A stretch of DNA of 64,000 nucleotides from Lama glama (lineage: Eukaryota). Both the position numbers and the translations under genes were made by a program. Positions within the stretch are counted from its first letter, which is position 1; the number at the start of each line of letters is the position of its first letter. Below, piece by piece: positions 37,905 through 51,731 of this stretch. Location of the stretch: assembly GCA_028534125.1 (NCBI GenBank), contig CM052818.1:20276001-20340000 (forward strand), written 5' to 3'. A model generated the notes under the pieces. That model worked only from the letters and a program-made list of their open reading frames with translations, had not been told where the DNA came from and did not search any database.

Positions 37905-38048
37905 AGAGCCACAGAAACCCTTAGCAGCATTTTAAAAACATGATTTCTAGGCCCCTCTATCAGAGCTTCTAACTCTGGACAGCCCTAGGAACATTCACTT
38001 AAATTCCCAGGTAGCTCCTAATGATCAGTGACGTTTGGGAAGCACTGG
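37905..38048. mobile_element. MER5A-like fragment
   Basis: ttttaaaaacatgatttctaggcccc...ttcccaggtagctcctaatgatcagtgacgtttgggaagcactg. Confidence 0.65.
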
Positions 38049-39456
38049 GTTGGACAATTGCTAAGGTGCCTTCTAACATTAAGATATGATAATTCTACTG
38101 CATTTGGCTCTGCATCTTTTTGTGAGAATTTCATGTGCTGGTAAATTCAACTCAAGTGTAAATTCTTGGACCAGTGGTTTCTAGTCTTCCTTCATCCCAG
38201 GACTCAGACAGACAAAGTGTACTCTCAGGAAAACCACAGATTTCCACAATAGGAATAGTTACCAGTGCCATGTCTCCTGCATCTAGCTGCATCCCTACAG
38301 TGCTTCACATCATGCTCAGCACATTCAAGCCATTCCACTCATGCCATAATAAAGCACTGACTGTGTGGCTAATACCATCATTTTGCAACTGTAGGGCCAT
38401 ACAAAATCAAATCAAGGGCCTGGAATTCCCACCCATGGCTAGAGAGCTGTGGTTTCACAACATAATTGTATTTCTCATCTTTTCCTTTTTCCAGTCCCAC
38501 TTGGCTTAACTTTCAGTCCTATAGACACACTGAAGGATTCATGTGCATGGCTGCCCCAAACCAAATAAACCACTCTGTGATGGCAAGAAAGCTCCGTTGA
38601 CATCTCCACCGTGCTAAATCCTCTTTCATGTTCTGACTCCTTTAATAAAGCCGAAATGAAAATGTGCTAATCTGGGGGAAATTGGCAACTTGGAAATAAT
38701 ACACTAACGTATGCATACAGCTCAATCCTGTGGATTCTGAACACTGGATCACATTGTTTTAAATCTTAAGTGGCATGGCTGGTAGTTGCAGGCAAGCTAA
38801 AGAGGATTTCCATACCACTTCACTAATACTTTCATTTGATGACAGACAGAGCGTGAACAAAGGTTTCTGATTACTAAATTCTTTGATCTCCATACTTCCG
38901 CCCAGGTTTACACTGAGCCCCGGACAGTGTGGTGAGATAAACTTTTAAGTATCTGGTGAAATAGCACAAGGTCCTCTCCAAGGACCTGTTTAACTTTGGC
39001 TGTGATATTGTAGGAAGGTGCTGGATTCTGGCATGTGTTGTTTTTTAAAAATTTATGAGCTCGAATCAACACCATGCAGTACGCATTCCGCAGGCGCAGG
39101 TGCTTGTGGAAGCAGAACAAAAACAGCCTGTGTTTAATTTGTTCACAAACCTTTTGTTCTTAATGACCTGGGAAGGTGGTGATAATATAGACAAAGCAAG
39201 TGAGAGTTTCAGGACTGAGTCGCAACTCTGATACAATGACAGAGGGCTGACAATTCAAATAAGAGGCTGGTTTCTCTAAATGTAGAAATCTATTATCTAA
39301 ATAGACTTGTTAATGCCATGAATGAGAAAAAAAAGACTTGGAGAACCTCAACTGAAACAATTCATGACTTGACTGCAGTCAATCCCTGTTTATGGAACTC
39401 TGTCCATGGGCGTTTTTGAAAGTTCTGATAGCTTTCTCCATCCACATCCTCACTGA

Positions 39457-39670
39457 CATGGTGTAGTGGTCCAAACTCAGCCTCTTGACCCAGACTGCCT
39501 GCATTCAAGTCCTAGCTCAGCTACTCACTGGCTGTGTGCATTTGGACAATCAGGGATGTTGGTATCCCCACCTGTAAAATCAAGATTCAATAGTAGCTAC
39601 TTCTTGGAAAATTATAGTAGATTATCCTTATCGTAGATGCCTGGCCCCAAAAAGCTGCTCAGGAATATAT
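39457..39670 (+). mobile_element. MIR SINE
   Basis: catggtgtagtgg...cagactgcctgcattcaagtcctagctcagctactcactggctgtgtg. Confidence 0.8.
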
Positions 39671-40119
39671 TAGTTTCAATTTTTCATTCACAAGCCTCCA
39701 TTCAGTGGCTGCATATGGCTCGGTAATAAACATATTTCAAATCAGTTCATTAGTCTGCATTTATAGAGGACTTTCAAAAAGGCTACAATTTAGTTGGAGG
39801 AATGAGAAACTCCAACGAAATAAAGAGTTAACACCACAGGAGGGTATTTTATTGTCTGCAGATTTGTGATGAAGAAATAACGAAGGAAGTCTCCATGCAA
39901 GAACTGGGACTTAAAGGGGGAAGGGAATCAAAACAAGCAGAATTGGGGTTTTCCAGGTACAGGAAAACCATGAAGACATAAAAATGGGATGCATTTGGTA
40001 GACTTCAGGAACGGTGAGGAGATCTTGCTGTTTGAAGCAAACCACCTCTATTTTGGCCTCAGATTATAATCTAAGGTTAATGTGAGGACACAATTAACAA
40101 GCAGAAACTGACAACTGGT

Positions 40120-40325
40120 AAAATTTATTGAGTACATACTACATGGGAAGTATGAGCTACTTTTCCACTGATGCAAGAATCCTGAGTGCAGGTATTACTG
40201 TCTGCATTTTCCACAAAAAACAAAAAAACAAAAAAACAGAGGCTCAGAGGGGTTACTGACCCGCCTGAGGCCACAGGGCTGGTAAGTAGTATAGTCAGAA
40301 TCTGAACCCAAGTCTCTCTTTCTGT
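40120..40325 (-). mobile_element. MIR SINE
   Basis: atttattgagta...aaacagaggctcagaggggttactgac...tctgaacccaagtct. Confidence 0.8.
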
Positions 40326-41198
40326 TACACCAGGAGTCACCTTCAGCATCATTCAAGAAAGCTGACAATAGAGCTCACATTTTATACATCAAAAATAATG
40401 GGGCTTTAGCTTCAAGACTGTGTGTTCACGTCTGCACATTAAGCCTGTGTTTAAAGAACTGGTCTTCAATCTCTAGGACACAAACTGCTGCTTTTTTTAG
40501 GCACATGCCAGGGGGTTTGTTCCTTTCTCTGGGACCCATGGCCCTCTCTAGAGTCAATGTGGAATACAGGTGAATACAATGTCAGGTCTTTTATACAGTG
40601 GTCTCCTTCCTGGCAAACCCCACCATCTGGACCACAACTGTGAAACTATAAGGGTGAAAAACGTCCTCTGAATAGGCGAGGGAAAGAAATACTGGTGCCA
40701 AGACCCACACCATCCGTCACAACAGACACTAACGCCGCTCTCAAGCCCATGGGCCAAGGGCTACTATGTGATACTGTAGGCAAGGCTAAGGTTAGGATTT
40801 TAAACTTAAGGAAATTCCATACGTTCCAGCTTATTGGAGCAGTAAGGTAGGAAATAAAGATATAAGAGACTAGCTAGAACTGATCCCCAAAATTGCCAAT
40901 CTGGGGCTATTTAAAGTGAGAACAGCAATCCTAACTTCTGACAGCCTTCAATACATTATTATATCAAAGTCACCAATTAAAATTAAAATAATATTTAACA
41001 CTCTTTCCATCAAGTCTTAAAAATATGTGCTAGTTCTATTATTTTAACAGTAATTATATTGATACTAATAATAATGCTACAATAATTCAGTTTGGAAAAA
41101 TTTTTCCATCAAAAAAGTTTATTGGTTTTCAAGGGCTCACATTAACTTTGTAATGTGGGAATCTCAATTTCCTAATAAACAGTGGGAACTAATTTCTT

Positions 41199-41409
41199 TT
41201 CTTTTTAATTATTTTTTAGGTTTTTTGGGGGGGGAGGTGGCAAGGAGGTAACTAGGTTTTTAAAAATTAATTAATTAATTAATTAATTATCTATCTATCT
41301 GGAGGGAGGTAATAAGGTTTATTATTTTTTTAACAGAGGTACTGGGGATTGAACCCAGGACCTCATGCATGCTAAGCATGTGCTTTTCCCACTGAGTTAT
41401 ACCCTCCCC
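41199..41409 (-). mobile_element. vic-1-type SINE with expanded, duplicated tail and 16-bp TSD
   Basis: gaggtactggggattgaacccaggacctcatgcatgctaagcatg...tataccctcccc; TSD TGG(G/A)AACTAATTTCTT at 41183-41198 and 41410-41425. Confidence 0.92.
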
Positions 41410-41844
41410 TGGAAACTAATTTCTTAAATGGTCAGAAAATATGTGAATGAGTATTATGTTTTAAACTATAAAGCACTATACAGGTGTTTGTTCTTGTTGC
41501 TCATTTATAGAGTTCTTGCAAAGCACACACTTTTAAAAAAAATCCCTACCAATAAAAATATACCATAGATGCCTATCACATCATTGCCCAGACAAGACCT
41601 GCCCTCAACCTTCAGAAACCACTTCACATGACAGTTATAGGACTTTAACTTCACCAGTTAGGTAACTGACAGCTTGGAGAGACTGCACCTTGCAGGTGGC
41701 GAGAATTGTCATTGAGGATGCTGAAGACATTTCCATGTAAAAGACAGTATCCCTAGTGTCCTGGTTTGTTGGCTCACTGAAGAACTTGCTACTTTCCCAC
41801 TCAAGAGCCTTCACTCATTTGAACAAAACCCACATTATCAGTAG

Positions 41845-42015
41845 GCGTGCTTTCATGCATGAGAATCAACTGGATGCTTTTTAAAAAACACAGATTCTTG
41901 GACCACACACCCTGAAATACTGAGTCTGCAGGTCTAGGTTGAGACCTGAGATTCTGCATTTCTAACAAGCTCCCAGGTGATGCATGCTGCTAATCTAGGG
42001 ATCCCACTTTGAGGT
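41845..42015. mobile_element. MER5A
   Basis: gagattctgcatttctaacaagctcccaggtgatgc...cacactt-like end (cccactttgag). Confidence 0.88.
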
Positions 42016-45000
42016 GTTCAGGTTAGAACCTCCCCAAGTCTGGTGGTAACCTAAATTTCAGCCTACCTCACAACATCCTACTTGAGCTGATTTTTTTTTT
42101 TTTTTCCTGTGGCAACCACTCCTTGCTCTTGGTCACTTCTGAACCATCCAGGCAACTCTGCTCCAGGTCCCCCCTCTCTAGCTATCAACCACTTCCTACT
42201 CTCTCCCCTTTTGGTGATGTCTTTTCCAATGAAGACAGCTTTTAGAAAACTCTTCCTCTTGTGAGTTCATGGAACTACCTAAACCACCCATGTGATGATT
42301 AATCACATCCTATACATTATAACCTTATACCACTAGCTTACATTGTTAAGGCAGAGAGGGTTATTTAACTCAGGGTTCTTTATCTACCCTAATTCTTCAA
42401 TTAGACTTTCTCAATCCTTGAGAGCAGAAATTATATCTTGCATAGAACAGTGAATCAATTGATAATGACCAATTAACCAGATTAATCAATCTACATAGTT
42501 ACTATAATTTTGGTTGTGTTCAGCTAAGATTGTCTGAATTACCAGGATGGGTGAGTGTCATTACTCCAGACAAGCCAATTCAACACTGTTTAATGGTCTC
42601 GGGTCTCAGAGCAGTCCCTGAGGTCTCTTTCTGAATCTAACAGAGCAGGCGTGCTCAGAAGTTAGATGGCTTAGATTACTTAAGCAGCTCACCCAATTAG
42701 ATTACTTCTCTTCATCCTGAATACAAACCAGTTAAGGCATACCCATGTTCATGACCTTACTTTCAAGAATTCCACAGGGGGAATCTACCTACCAATGATG
42801 TCAAGTAGAGGCAAACAATCAGAGTCTCACATGAACAACGAAAACAAAAGATTTTTCAGTTGCCTTCTGATTAATTCCTTACTTAGTGAAATAATCAGTG
42901 AGCTGGTGAGGAAACTCTGCTTTCAACCACAGTATTATGTAAAAAATATGCATTCTCTTGCGATACTGACCTATCAACAATCCAATGCCAGGAAACTCTA
43001 AACAAATGCCTGGAAAAGGGGTATATTTCCAGATTCACATGACTTTTACTGTTCCTCGGTGTTGCATCAGATTCTGGGTTTGCAAAGAAGGAAGACTGCC
43101 AAGAAACTATGATGAAGGGAACTGGTTCTATCAGGATGGGCAAGCCCACAACTCTGGGCTTCCAGGCTCTGCTAAACTAACTGGAAGTTTGGTGCTTTCA
43201 CTTCATCAGAGTCAATCAATCTCTGGCAGATATTTTTTGAGCATCAATATTAGATGCTAGATGAGATGGTGTGCCTTCAACATGTAAACTGCTTATTCTC
43301 TATCGTCCACTCAGAACTCTGAGATGTGTCTATCCTTGAAATTACGTGTGAAGCTGCACCACGTAGGCCGGACCTTAATCTGAGCATGCTCTGAACATGC
43401 AGATGAGAGGAGCCAAGACCTTTTAAGAGAGTGCACAGCCCACTGCCTTGGGTCAGGAGATACCCTCTCACCTCTACCTCCCAGGCATGGCCGAAACTAC
43501 TTCTTGGGGCTCTAAAACACTACTTTCATTCCATTCTTTTCCGATGAAACCACTCTTTGAACCAAATTATTTTGATGGACAAGGACTCACTATCTAGTAC
43601 ACTTCATCCATCTGGCATTTGTTCAAATATGAGATTGTGATATCTTGAACAGGAGCAAACTGGAACTATATCTCTGTAAAGAAATGCATTGCTTAGCCAA
43701 GTAATAGCCAATTGAAATGCACAAACATTTGTAATTAATTTGAGAACACACCTTTTTAAGCACAGGGACAGCACCCATTTATTTGGCAAATGTGCTAATT
43801 AAAACTGCCCTTATCTTTTTCATCACTGACGGTTTGGAGGAACTTGTACCTGGCAACAATCTATAAGCAGTAACTCCTATCATCTTTATGAAGACTTTCA
43901 GTATAATTCAGATTTACCACCAATTCTAATTGTCCACGTTAGTTTTCTTTTGCTGTGGATCTGTTTGGATAAGATAAAACTCTGCCAACTTAGTTCAAAC
44001 AGAAGCACTGACAAAAGCATCATTAGCAAGAGCTCTCTCCAACCCAAAGGCAGACCTCACCACAGAACTCTCTCTCTCCTCTCTGCGAAGCCCTTGACAA
44101 AGTTCCCACGTACTTACAACCCAGGGTCAGCCAGTGACAACAGTTGCCTGTAGCCTAACAGCCCAGCGAGAAACTTCTGCCCTGCTCTGACCATCCAAAT
44201 GGAAAATTTATGAGAGACAGACAGATCCATTCGCAGACTATGCCCTGAGCACTGGAAATAACTTATTTTCACAATTTATTTGAACACAATGTACTGGGTA
44301 ACCTAAAGTTGTTAAATGAATAGAAGCCTAGGGTTTCCAGTTGGAGGAGATGGTTCCCTGCCTTCCTCCCCAGAGACCAGAAAATCAAGATGCAACCTAC
44401 AGCCCTGGCCAATTCAATCTCTCCTTATCTATTTCCATTCATAAATTTGAGGTGAGGGGAGAAAGGAAGGGCAGGAAAGCAAGATCTAAATAAAGGGGGG
44501 TGACTCTTCAATATTTCCATTGCGGTGACTTAAGCCAAGCTGGCCCTCAGATGGGTATGCCGGGAGAAACAGAGGGGAAACAACAAAACACAGGAAAAGG
44601 AAATTTATAAATGCTTCCCTCTCATCTAATACTGTACTAGGCTATCTCAACTCCTCGAAGACCCCTGGAGCCCCTTACCACTTCCATATTCTTCCTCTGG
44701 GTCACAGTTACTCCTGCTGTTTTCTTAAGGGAAATGCCAAGGTTAAAATGGCTGAGCTAGCAGCATCCAGCCCTTTGGAATGTCTGTGAAATAGTAATCT
44801 CTGGAGGGCTGCGGCATCTTTGCAAATGGTTTTGTGGGGCGGGAGCAATACGGTCTCAAAAGAGAGAGTTAAGACAAATTAAATGGCAGCATTCCACCAC
44901 CCCTATAGACATAAGGCGAGGGGTGCCCTAGCCTCCCAGGAGACAACGCCATCAGCTAAAGCATGAATAAACTGGTCCATTCTATTTTCTAAACTTACGC

Positions 45001-45759
45001 AAACACTTTCCTGGAATCAGCAACATGACTCAAAGCACCTGTGATCACTCATGGCTTGGAAATATTACACAAATAATTCAGGATAATTTTCCAGTTGGAA
45101 AATATTTAAATTTTCTCCTCTGTATATGTTTCAGATCTCTAATGACTTCAGATCTTGATCATTAAGATAAAGCAAAGGTCTATCAGAAGCATCGAATTCT
45201 AGAAGAAGGTAAATTTCTGCTAAAATCTGAAAGGCACTTTCTCCAAATTAACAACAGTTACACCAGATCTTATCTGAACTGTGGTCCTCACACACAAATA
45301 AGAGTTGGCTAATCCAATGGGAAGAGTAACAGATCATTCACCAAAACGGCTGTGTTCTTTTTCTGACTGTGAAGCTTAACTGAACAGACGGTAAGATGTT
45401 GGGGCATTAGAGAAAGTCTGTGCATGAAGTGACGTCTGTTTTCGCTTGTTGGGAAATAGACTATTTCAAGAGTATGTGAGAAACTGTGACAAACCTCAAA
45501 TGCTGTTTCTCATTGAGATTCCTGGAGTAGCTTAGTTCACCCATAGACACATTCCCTGCCCTGTGGATACAGCATTCTTTCAAGGTATAGCTCTTAAACA
45601 GCTGCCTCCCCCCTTTCTCTTCCTCTCTTAATAGTAGGCTTTTAGGTTTAAATACACCAAGAATTGTATCAATCCTGGCCTCCTTTACCTGTCTGAAAAA
45701 AAGAAACTTGGAGAATTATTACCATACACTCTAGGATCCTAGCGCTGAAGTGTGGAAGA

Positions 45760-46240
45760 ATTTTTTTTGAGAGGGGAGGGTAGATCTGGTTTACAATAGT
45801 GTGTTAGTTTCAGGTGTACAGCAAAGTGATTCAGTTTTTTACACACACACACACACACATATATGTATATACATTTTTCCCCCAATTCTTTTCCATTATA
45901 GTTTATTACAAGATATTAAATATAGTTCCCTGTGCTATACAGTAAATCCTCATTGTTTGTCTATTTTATATATGGTAGTGTGCATCTGTTAATCCCATAC
46001 TCCCGATTTATCCCTCCTCCACCCTCCCCTTTGGTAACTATAAATTTGTCTTCTATGTCTCTGAATCTATTTCTGTTTTGTAAATAAGTTCATTTGCACT
46101 ATATAAGTGATATCATATAATATTTGTCTTTCTCTGTCTGACTTACTTCACTTAGTCCGATAATCTCTAGGTCCATCCATGTGGCTGCAAATGGCATTAT
46201 TCTATTCTTCTTTATGGCTGAGTAAGACTCCATTGCATAA
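45760..46240 (-). mobile_element. L1 3' end (end of ORF2 plus 3' UTR)
   Basis: ttacaatagtgtgttagtttcaggtgtacagcaaagtgattcag...tagttccctgtgctatacagt...ctctaggtccatccatgtggctgcaaatggca. Confidence 0.93.
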
Positions 46241-49200
46241 ATAAAATATCATGAAGGGTCAAGAACATGCAAGGGTGAAATAAGAGTATGGCCTTGAAAG
46301 CGAGAAAGTCAACATTTTCTCCTTTATACTCTGGGTAAAAACGAAGAGCAACATCAGCAGAAAACATCAACTCGCTGTCCTCAACATTAGCTCCACCCCA
46401 CCCACCCCCAGTGTCTGTAATACTAAGAAGCCCAAACAAAGAGCCCAAGAGAATTAAAAAAACTAATTCTGCCTCCTACCAGTTTAGCGGCTACCAGTTT
46501 TTGACCAACGAGGCACTTTGCAATTTCCAGTTTGTACTGTCACCCAAACCAGAGTATAACCAGCCTTAGAAAATGTTTCCTTGTTATCTCCCTAATTCTT
46601 CTTTCTATCTAATCTAGAAAAGAGATAACATTCAGTAAGACTTTGCTTCTGCTGCAGGCTGCTGCTGATGATAATCTAAAGCCCTTGGGCTACGGTTTAA
46701 GCATTTGTTGCCAAGACTGTCCTTTCCATTATCATCTAATACCATGTTTTAAAGAAACCATCAGGGCAAGGAAATCTAATTAACTTGGGGTTACCTATCA
46801 GTCAGTATTAAGAAACACATCATTAATGGAAACTCATGTGAAGTTCATTTATAAATATACTTCGATGATTTGGGGATGTCAGTGGAATAACGCTCTGTTA
46901 AAGGCAGTTAACCATTCTTACATACATCAAGAATTAGCAAATTTGAGGACTAAAACCTCATTATAGTCAACAACTCTTGGGGTTCAGAGAGAATCTAGGA
47001 GGAACTAGGAGTCTGTAAAATCATCAGAAATGAATCCTCTATTCTCTTCCAGGGTTACTGAATAACTTCCCTCTTGAATGAGTTTGATGGGAAAATGCTG
47101 CTCCAATTTAGAATTCGTGAGTAAGGAGGATTACAGCATGAAGAATGGAGTTTGTTACTGCTGTCTGGCAAAACTGTGCAAATCCTTTCCTGCTCTTTTC
47201 AAGATGGTCAGTGGCAGGATCCTCTGTCCTGGGAGCAGGCTTGACTTCTATTTTCAAATGCAAGGGGAAACAAACAGACCTAGGCTGCTTCATGGAGCAT
47301 CAAATAGCTTTTTCCAGAGATGGGCTTCATCTCTCATCAGGTGGGTTTCTGAGGGCTCAGACCACAGAAACTGTCTGGGATTCTGTGCTCAAAAGTCCAG
47401 AACAATTCAGAAATTATTTCAGCTGTTCTCAATTTAGAAGTAAAACAAAAACACCAAGTAGGAACAAACAAACATATGCTTCTCTGTATCTATTTTAAAA
47501 GAAAAACATGGCTCTGCCCCTGACTTTTTGTCCATTTTTTTTCTGCTTAACTTCAGGGTCTTGCTCATAAAACAAGTATTCGGCAGTTCCAACATTTATC
47601 CTCCCGGAAATATCACAAATTTACTCACTAGCTAAGCCTAAAGCATTTTAGGTCTTCAGTTTGCTCTTTTTGGTCCTAGGTCAATCAAACATAATAACCA
47701 GTTGCTATTTCATCAATATCCCCTGATTCAATCCTGACTCTCTCAGCTCTACTTTTCAACTATGATCACCGCCTAGTGGCAAAACTGATTAACTGCAAGC
47801 TACACAGCAACTGGATAGTAGAGGGGGAAAAATGATCAGCTTTCCCCACCTCTGCTGCATTCTCATGCGATTTCCAAGAATACACTTAGTAAAATGAGAG
47901 ACATATTTGAAGGCTTGCGTGCTATTGTTTTAAATGTAGGAAAACCTACATTAATAAGCTGAATTTTTACCCTTCCACTCCTAGTTAGAATGAGTGGTGA
48001 AGTGAGGGAAGGAGGCGGTCAATCCAAATAAAGAAAACATGTTAATACACTACAGAGAACCTCAGCCCTGATTCTGTCCAACTCTTCTATTTACCTTTTA
48101 GTCCCCATAGTTTGTGTCTAGTCCATGCTTCCCTGGGATCATTTTAGAATCGCAGCAGGACTTTCTTGGCATGCTGGGCTTCTCGTGGCTTCCTAAGGGG
48201 ACCACTTTGCATGAAGAGGCTAACTAGATTGTGCCAGACACATCTGCTCAGGAAGCACCCACAGGGACAATATGCCATCAGAACATACCAACTAGCCCAT
48301 GCACGGGGACAGATTCTGCTTGTGAAAGTCTAAAACCCTGCCCTCCGCAAGAGGGTAGGGACACCGTCTATTTCACTCATTTCCATGTCACCAGCATCTG
48401 ACGCCGTGCTTCACACCTAGAGGAGAGTGAGAAGTATTCTGTCGATGCACGAATGAGAGGAAGATGCCAAAAGGGTACTCGTGGAAGCAAGTTTGATGCT
48501 AATCTCCAGCAAACTCTGCCTGCCAGTCCTGATTTCCCCCAACAGCTAAAGCAGGGGATTTAAAACTCTTTTACAGGAATCACAGTTGCCAAGAAGGTGC
48601 CCTGGAGGCCAGCCAACAGGCAACGGAACCCCATAGCTCCTTTGAATAAAAGGGGATTCCCCTTTTATAATTTTATAGAGTGAACTATTCTGCAGGTTTC
48701 ATTTTAAGGAAGGAGTCCATTAGCATAAACAGCCTGAAACCACTTCTCTAGGACACTGACATCAACAGAACAATGAACCAGAGAATAATGTGAAAAAAAA
48801 TTAATAGGAAAAAAAATAGAGTGAATAGGATAGAATTAAAGAAAAAGAAATAAAATCTGACCATAAGATTGAAGAACTAAACAATGCACTCTTTTGGTCA
48901 CTGAGATGGACACATGGATGCAGATAGTTTTGATGCAAACAGGGTTGAGCATCTTATATAAAATTTTTCAGAGGCCCTGTTCCCACTGGCCTACTGTAAC
49001 TGAGAAGTACTGAAGGGAAAGACTGCTCTGCACAGCTGAGTAGGTTCTGTCTGCCTTCTCTGGTCTTGACCACTTCCCTCTGGATGCCGGCTCTGTCTTG
49101 GTTTGTCTGTAGCCTGCCTAGGGGCAGCAGAGCTCTGAGACTTTACCCTCTACTGCTTTACCCACCCCAAATATCATTTACAGCATCAAGAAACTTTGGA

Positions 49201-51309
49201 CAGAGTCATGCAGGTTCTTGGACTGTCCGTGGAAGTCCAAGTCCATGCTCGTGGAAGGGAAGGGCTGTCTGACCTTACGTGTAGTGATTATACATGAATT
49301 TGCTTCTTCAGTCATTCATTTTGCTAACCTCAGGTCTAGAGGGCTGAAGATGCATTTCTAAATTGAAATATGTAGTATGTTCTTTAGAGAAAAGATACAC
49401 AGCAACACAGCTCTTCTGCCAGCATTTAACAGCACATAATTCAAATCCAAAAATCTAGCTGAGGTTAATAAAATACACAATAATTCATGTTCAGGTAATT
49501 CAATGCCTATTTTTCTTAGTCCTTTAAAGTTTTAAATTTTGTTTGGTTTTCACTTTTAACATATCTGTGGTAACAGTGCAAACATATAACCTTAGCATAA
49601 AGCCATAAGGAAATGTCAAATTAGCAGTAAGGAACACTCTTGCTGGTTAATTTCTAAAAGTCCCAACAGCTCTTGAATTTTAGCTCATTTAAAAAATAAT
49701 TCAGATTGTGTCTTACAGGATCACATTACATGTGGTGAGCAGACGGCTTAGACCAGACACTGGGTTTAGAGACTGTTGAGACACCCAGGCAGACAGTGGG
49801 GAATAACCAAAATGATGAAATGCCTCTCACATTGCCTTAAAAACACCAGCAAAAATCACTCATCTCTGCAAAAGCAAGATGGATCCCAATGGTCTGGAAG
49901 AAGAATTTTTTTATACTGGGTCAGCCGCTCTGTCAGAACTAACCAATCACTTTCAGCCACGCTTACTTGAAGGAGCTGAGTGACAAGGATCACCCTGATT
50001 GATGGTATGATGCATGGAAGGAGGCCACTGCAACCAGGAAGTTGCAGGAGAGAACTTTACTGGTCAAAGGGAAACAAATGAAGTGCAGGAAAACAGGCAT
50101 TGATACTATTTTATTTCATTTTAAAGTATCATTTTAAGTAGTAGAATAAAGGATCATTCCATGTGACTGAACCCAGAGTATGTGGGGAGGCCTTTAGATC
50201 ATCTAGAAAACCAGAAGCACCTCTGCCCTGCTTCAGTAGGAGCCCAAGTCCCCTCTCACCAGGTGGCATGCAGTGTCCCGCATTGACGTATTTCCCACTA
50301 TTTTCCTACTGGAAGAAACTCTTACCTTCTCTTCCCTGCAGCCTGTCCCCTCCAAGCCCAGGCATGTGGGACTTAAAATTCAGACCCTTTGGCTTCTTGA
50401 GCTAAAGTTTGGTTTGATCAAATAAATATTTAGCATCCTAAATAATGAGCCAGTTCCTTTGGAAATATTTCATTTCATCCCTACACAATGAGCATCTGGA
50501 CCCCAGCCAGTCCTGTTCCAGCTTTCCAGAAGCTTGATGGAGAGCTTGGCTAGCTGACCAGCTCTTGTCCTGACCCACTCTAGGCCACTCAGCCCAGGAT
50601 GTTTGTGTCCTGTCAGAAGAGAAGGCTGAAGTCCCCTGTTCCCTGCAGAAGCTGCAAGCCCTGGTCCTCCCTCCAGCCACATCCACCATCTGGGATGGCA
50701 GCTGGAGAAGGCCACTTCACCTCATGGGAATTAAACAACGTGGTCTCTGAGGTTCCTTCTAGCTTGATCTTCAAAGCTCTGAGAAAGGCATGAACTCACT
50801 CATCATTTTGCTGGTGCAAGCCGAAAAGTGAGGCCAAAGAGGGAGAAGAGGAAAGAGAACTGGGTTAGATGGTAACTTTTGAGGTTTGAATCAAACTTTT
50901 TGCATTTCATCCATCACTTGGTGGGTGAAGGGCCTTTCGCTTCTCCTGTGTTTTGGCTAGCGTGAGAGAAGCATTGTGAATACTCCTAACAGAGACATTT
51001 TATGCTCAGATCTTTTCACAAGCGGTTGCTCTTCTGATCATTACAACAGCTTGGCCAGGGAGACCAGGTAGTTATATCCAAATTCCCATTTTTGTGGAGG
51101 AACAAACTGAACTCATAAATTGTTTGAGTAAAAAACCCAAACAAAACACAAGAAAAACAACATAAAGTTGTAGCGTTGAGTCATTCAGCAAATTAAAAGT
51201 AAGGAGAAGAAAAGAAAGTCTTTTCAAATTCAAGTCTTACTCTCTTTCCAATACTTGATACCAGTAACTTTATAAACTAGGTTTTAGAGTCCTATGTCCA
51301 AACTGGTGA

Positions 51310-51731
51310 GATTTGCATTTTCCAGATAACTGTAACAGTATTTCTCATTCCACATGCCCCTTGAAGCTGGGTGAGCTTTTAGCTGAAGTGATACAATGTA
51401 ACCTTCAAAGTTAAGTCATAAGACACAAAGCAGTGTCCACACTGTTCACTGGAATATTCTCTCTTGAAGTCTTCAGCCACCACATAAGCAATCTGATGCC
51501 CAGAGGCCACCATGCTGTGAGGAAGCCCAAGTCAGCCCATGCGGAGAGACCACGTGAAGAAGCTCTGAGGCTCCACGGAGAGAGAGAGAGAGATGCCTAG
51601 GAGGCCCCTAGGCACTTCGGGTCCCCTACCTGCACTGTTCAAACCACCATCTGACTGCCCCAAACCACAACCAACCAGCTAAGCTTCCGAGTTTTAAGGT
51701 GATCTCTTTTGCAGCAATAGTAATCAAAACA
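51310..51731 (+). mobile_element. MLT1G/H-like ERVL-MaLR LTR
   Basis: gaggccaccatgctgtgaggaagcccaag...ggagagaccacgtg...gcagcaatagtaatcaaaaca. Confidence 0.8.

Noticed and set aside
50256..50268. CTCF-like TCACCAGGTGGCA (weaker matches near 41690 and 51890)
   Set aside because: Core mismatches and no upstream motif; cannot be separated from chance without ChIP data.
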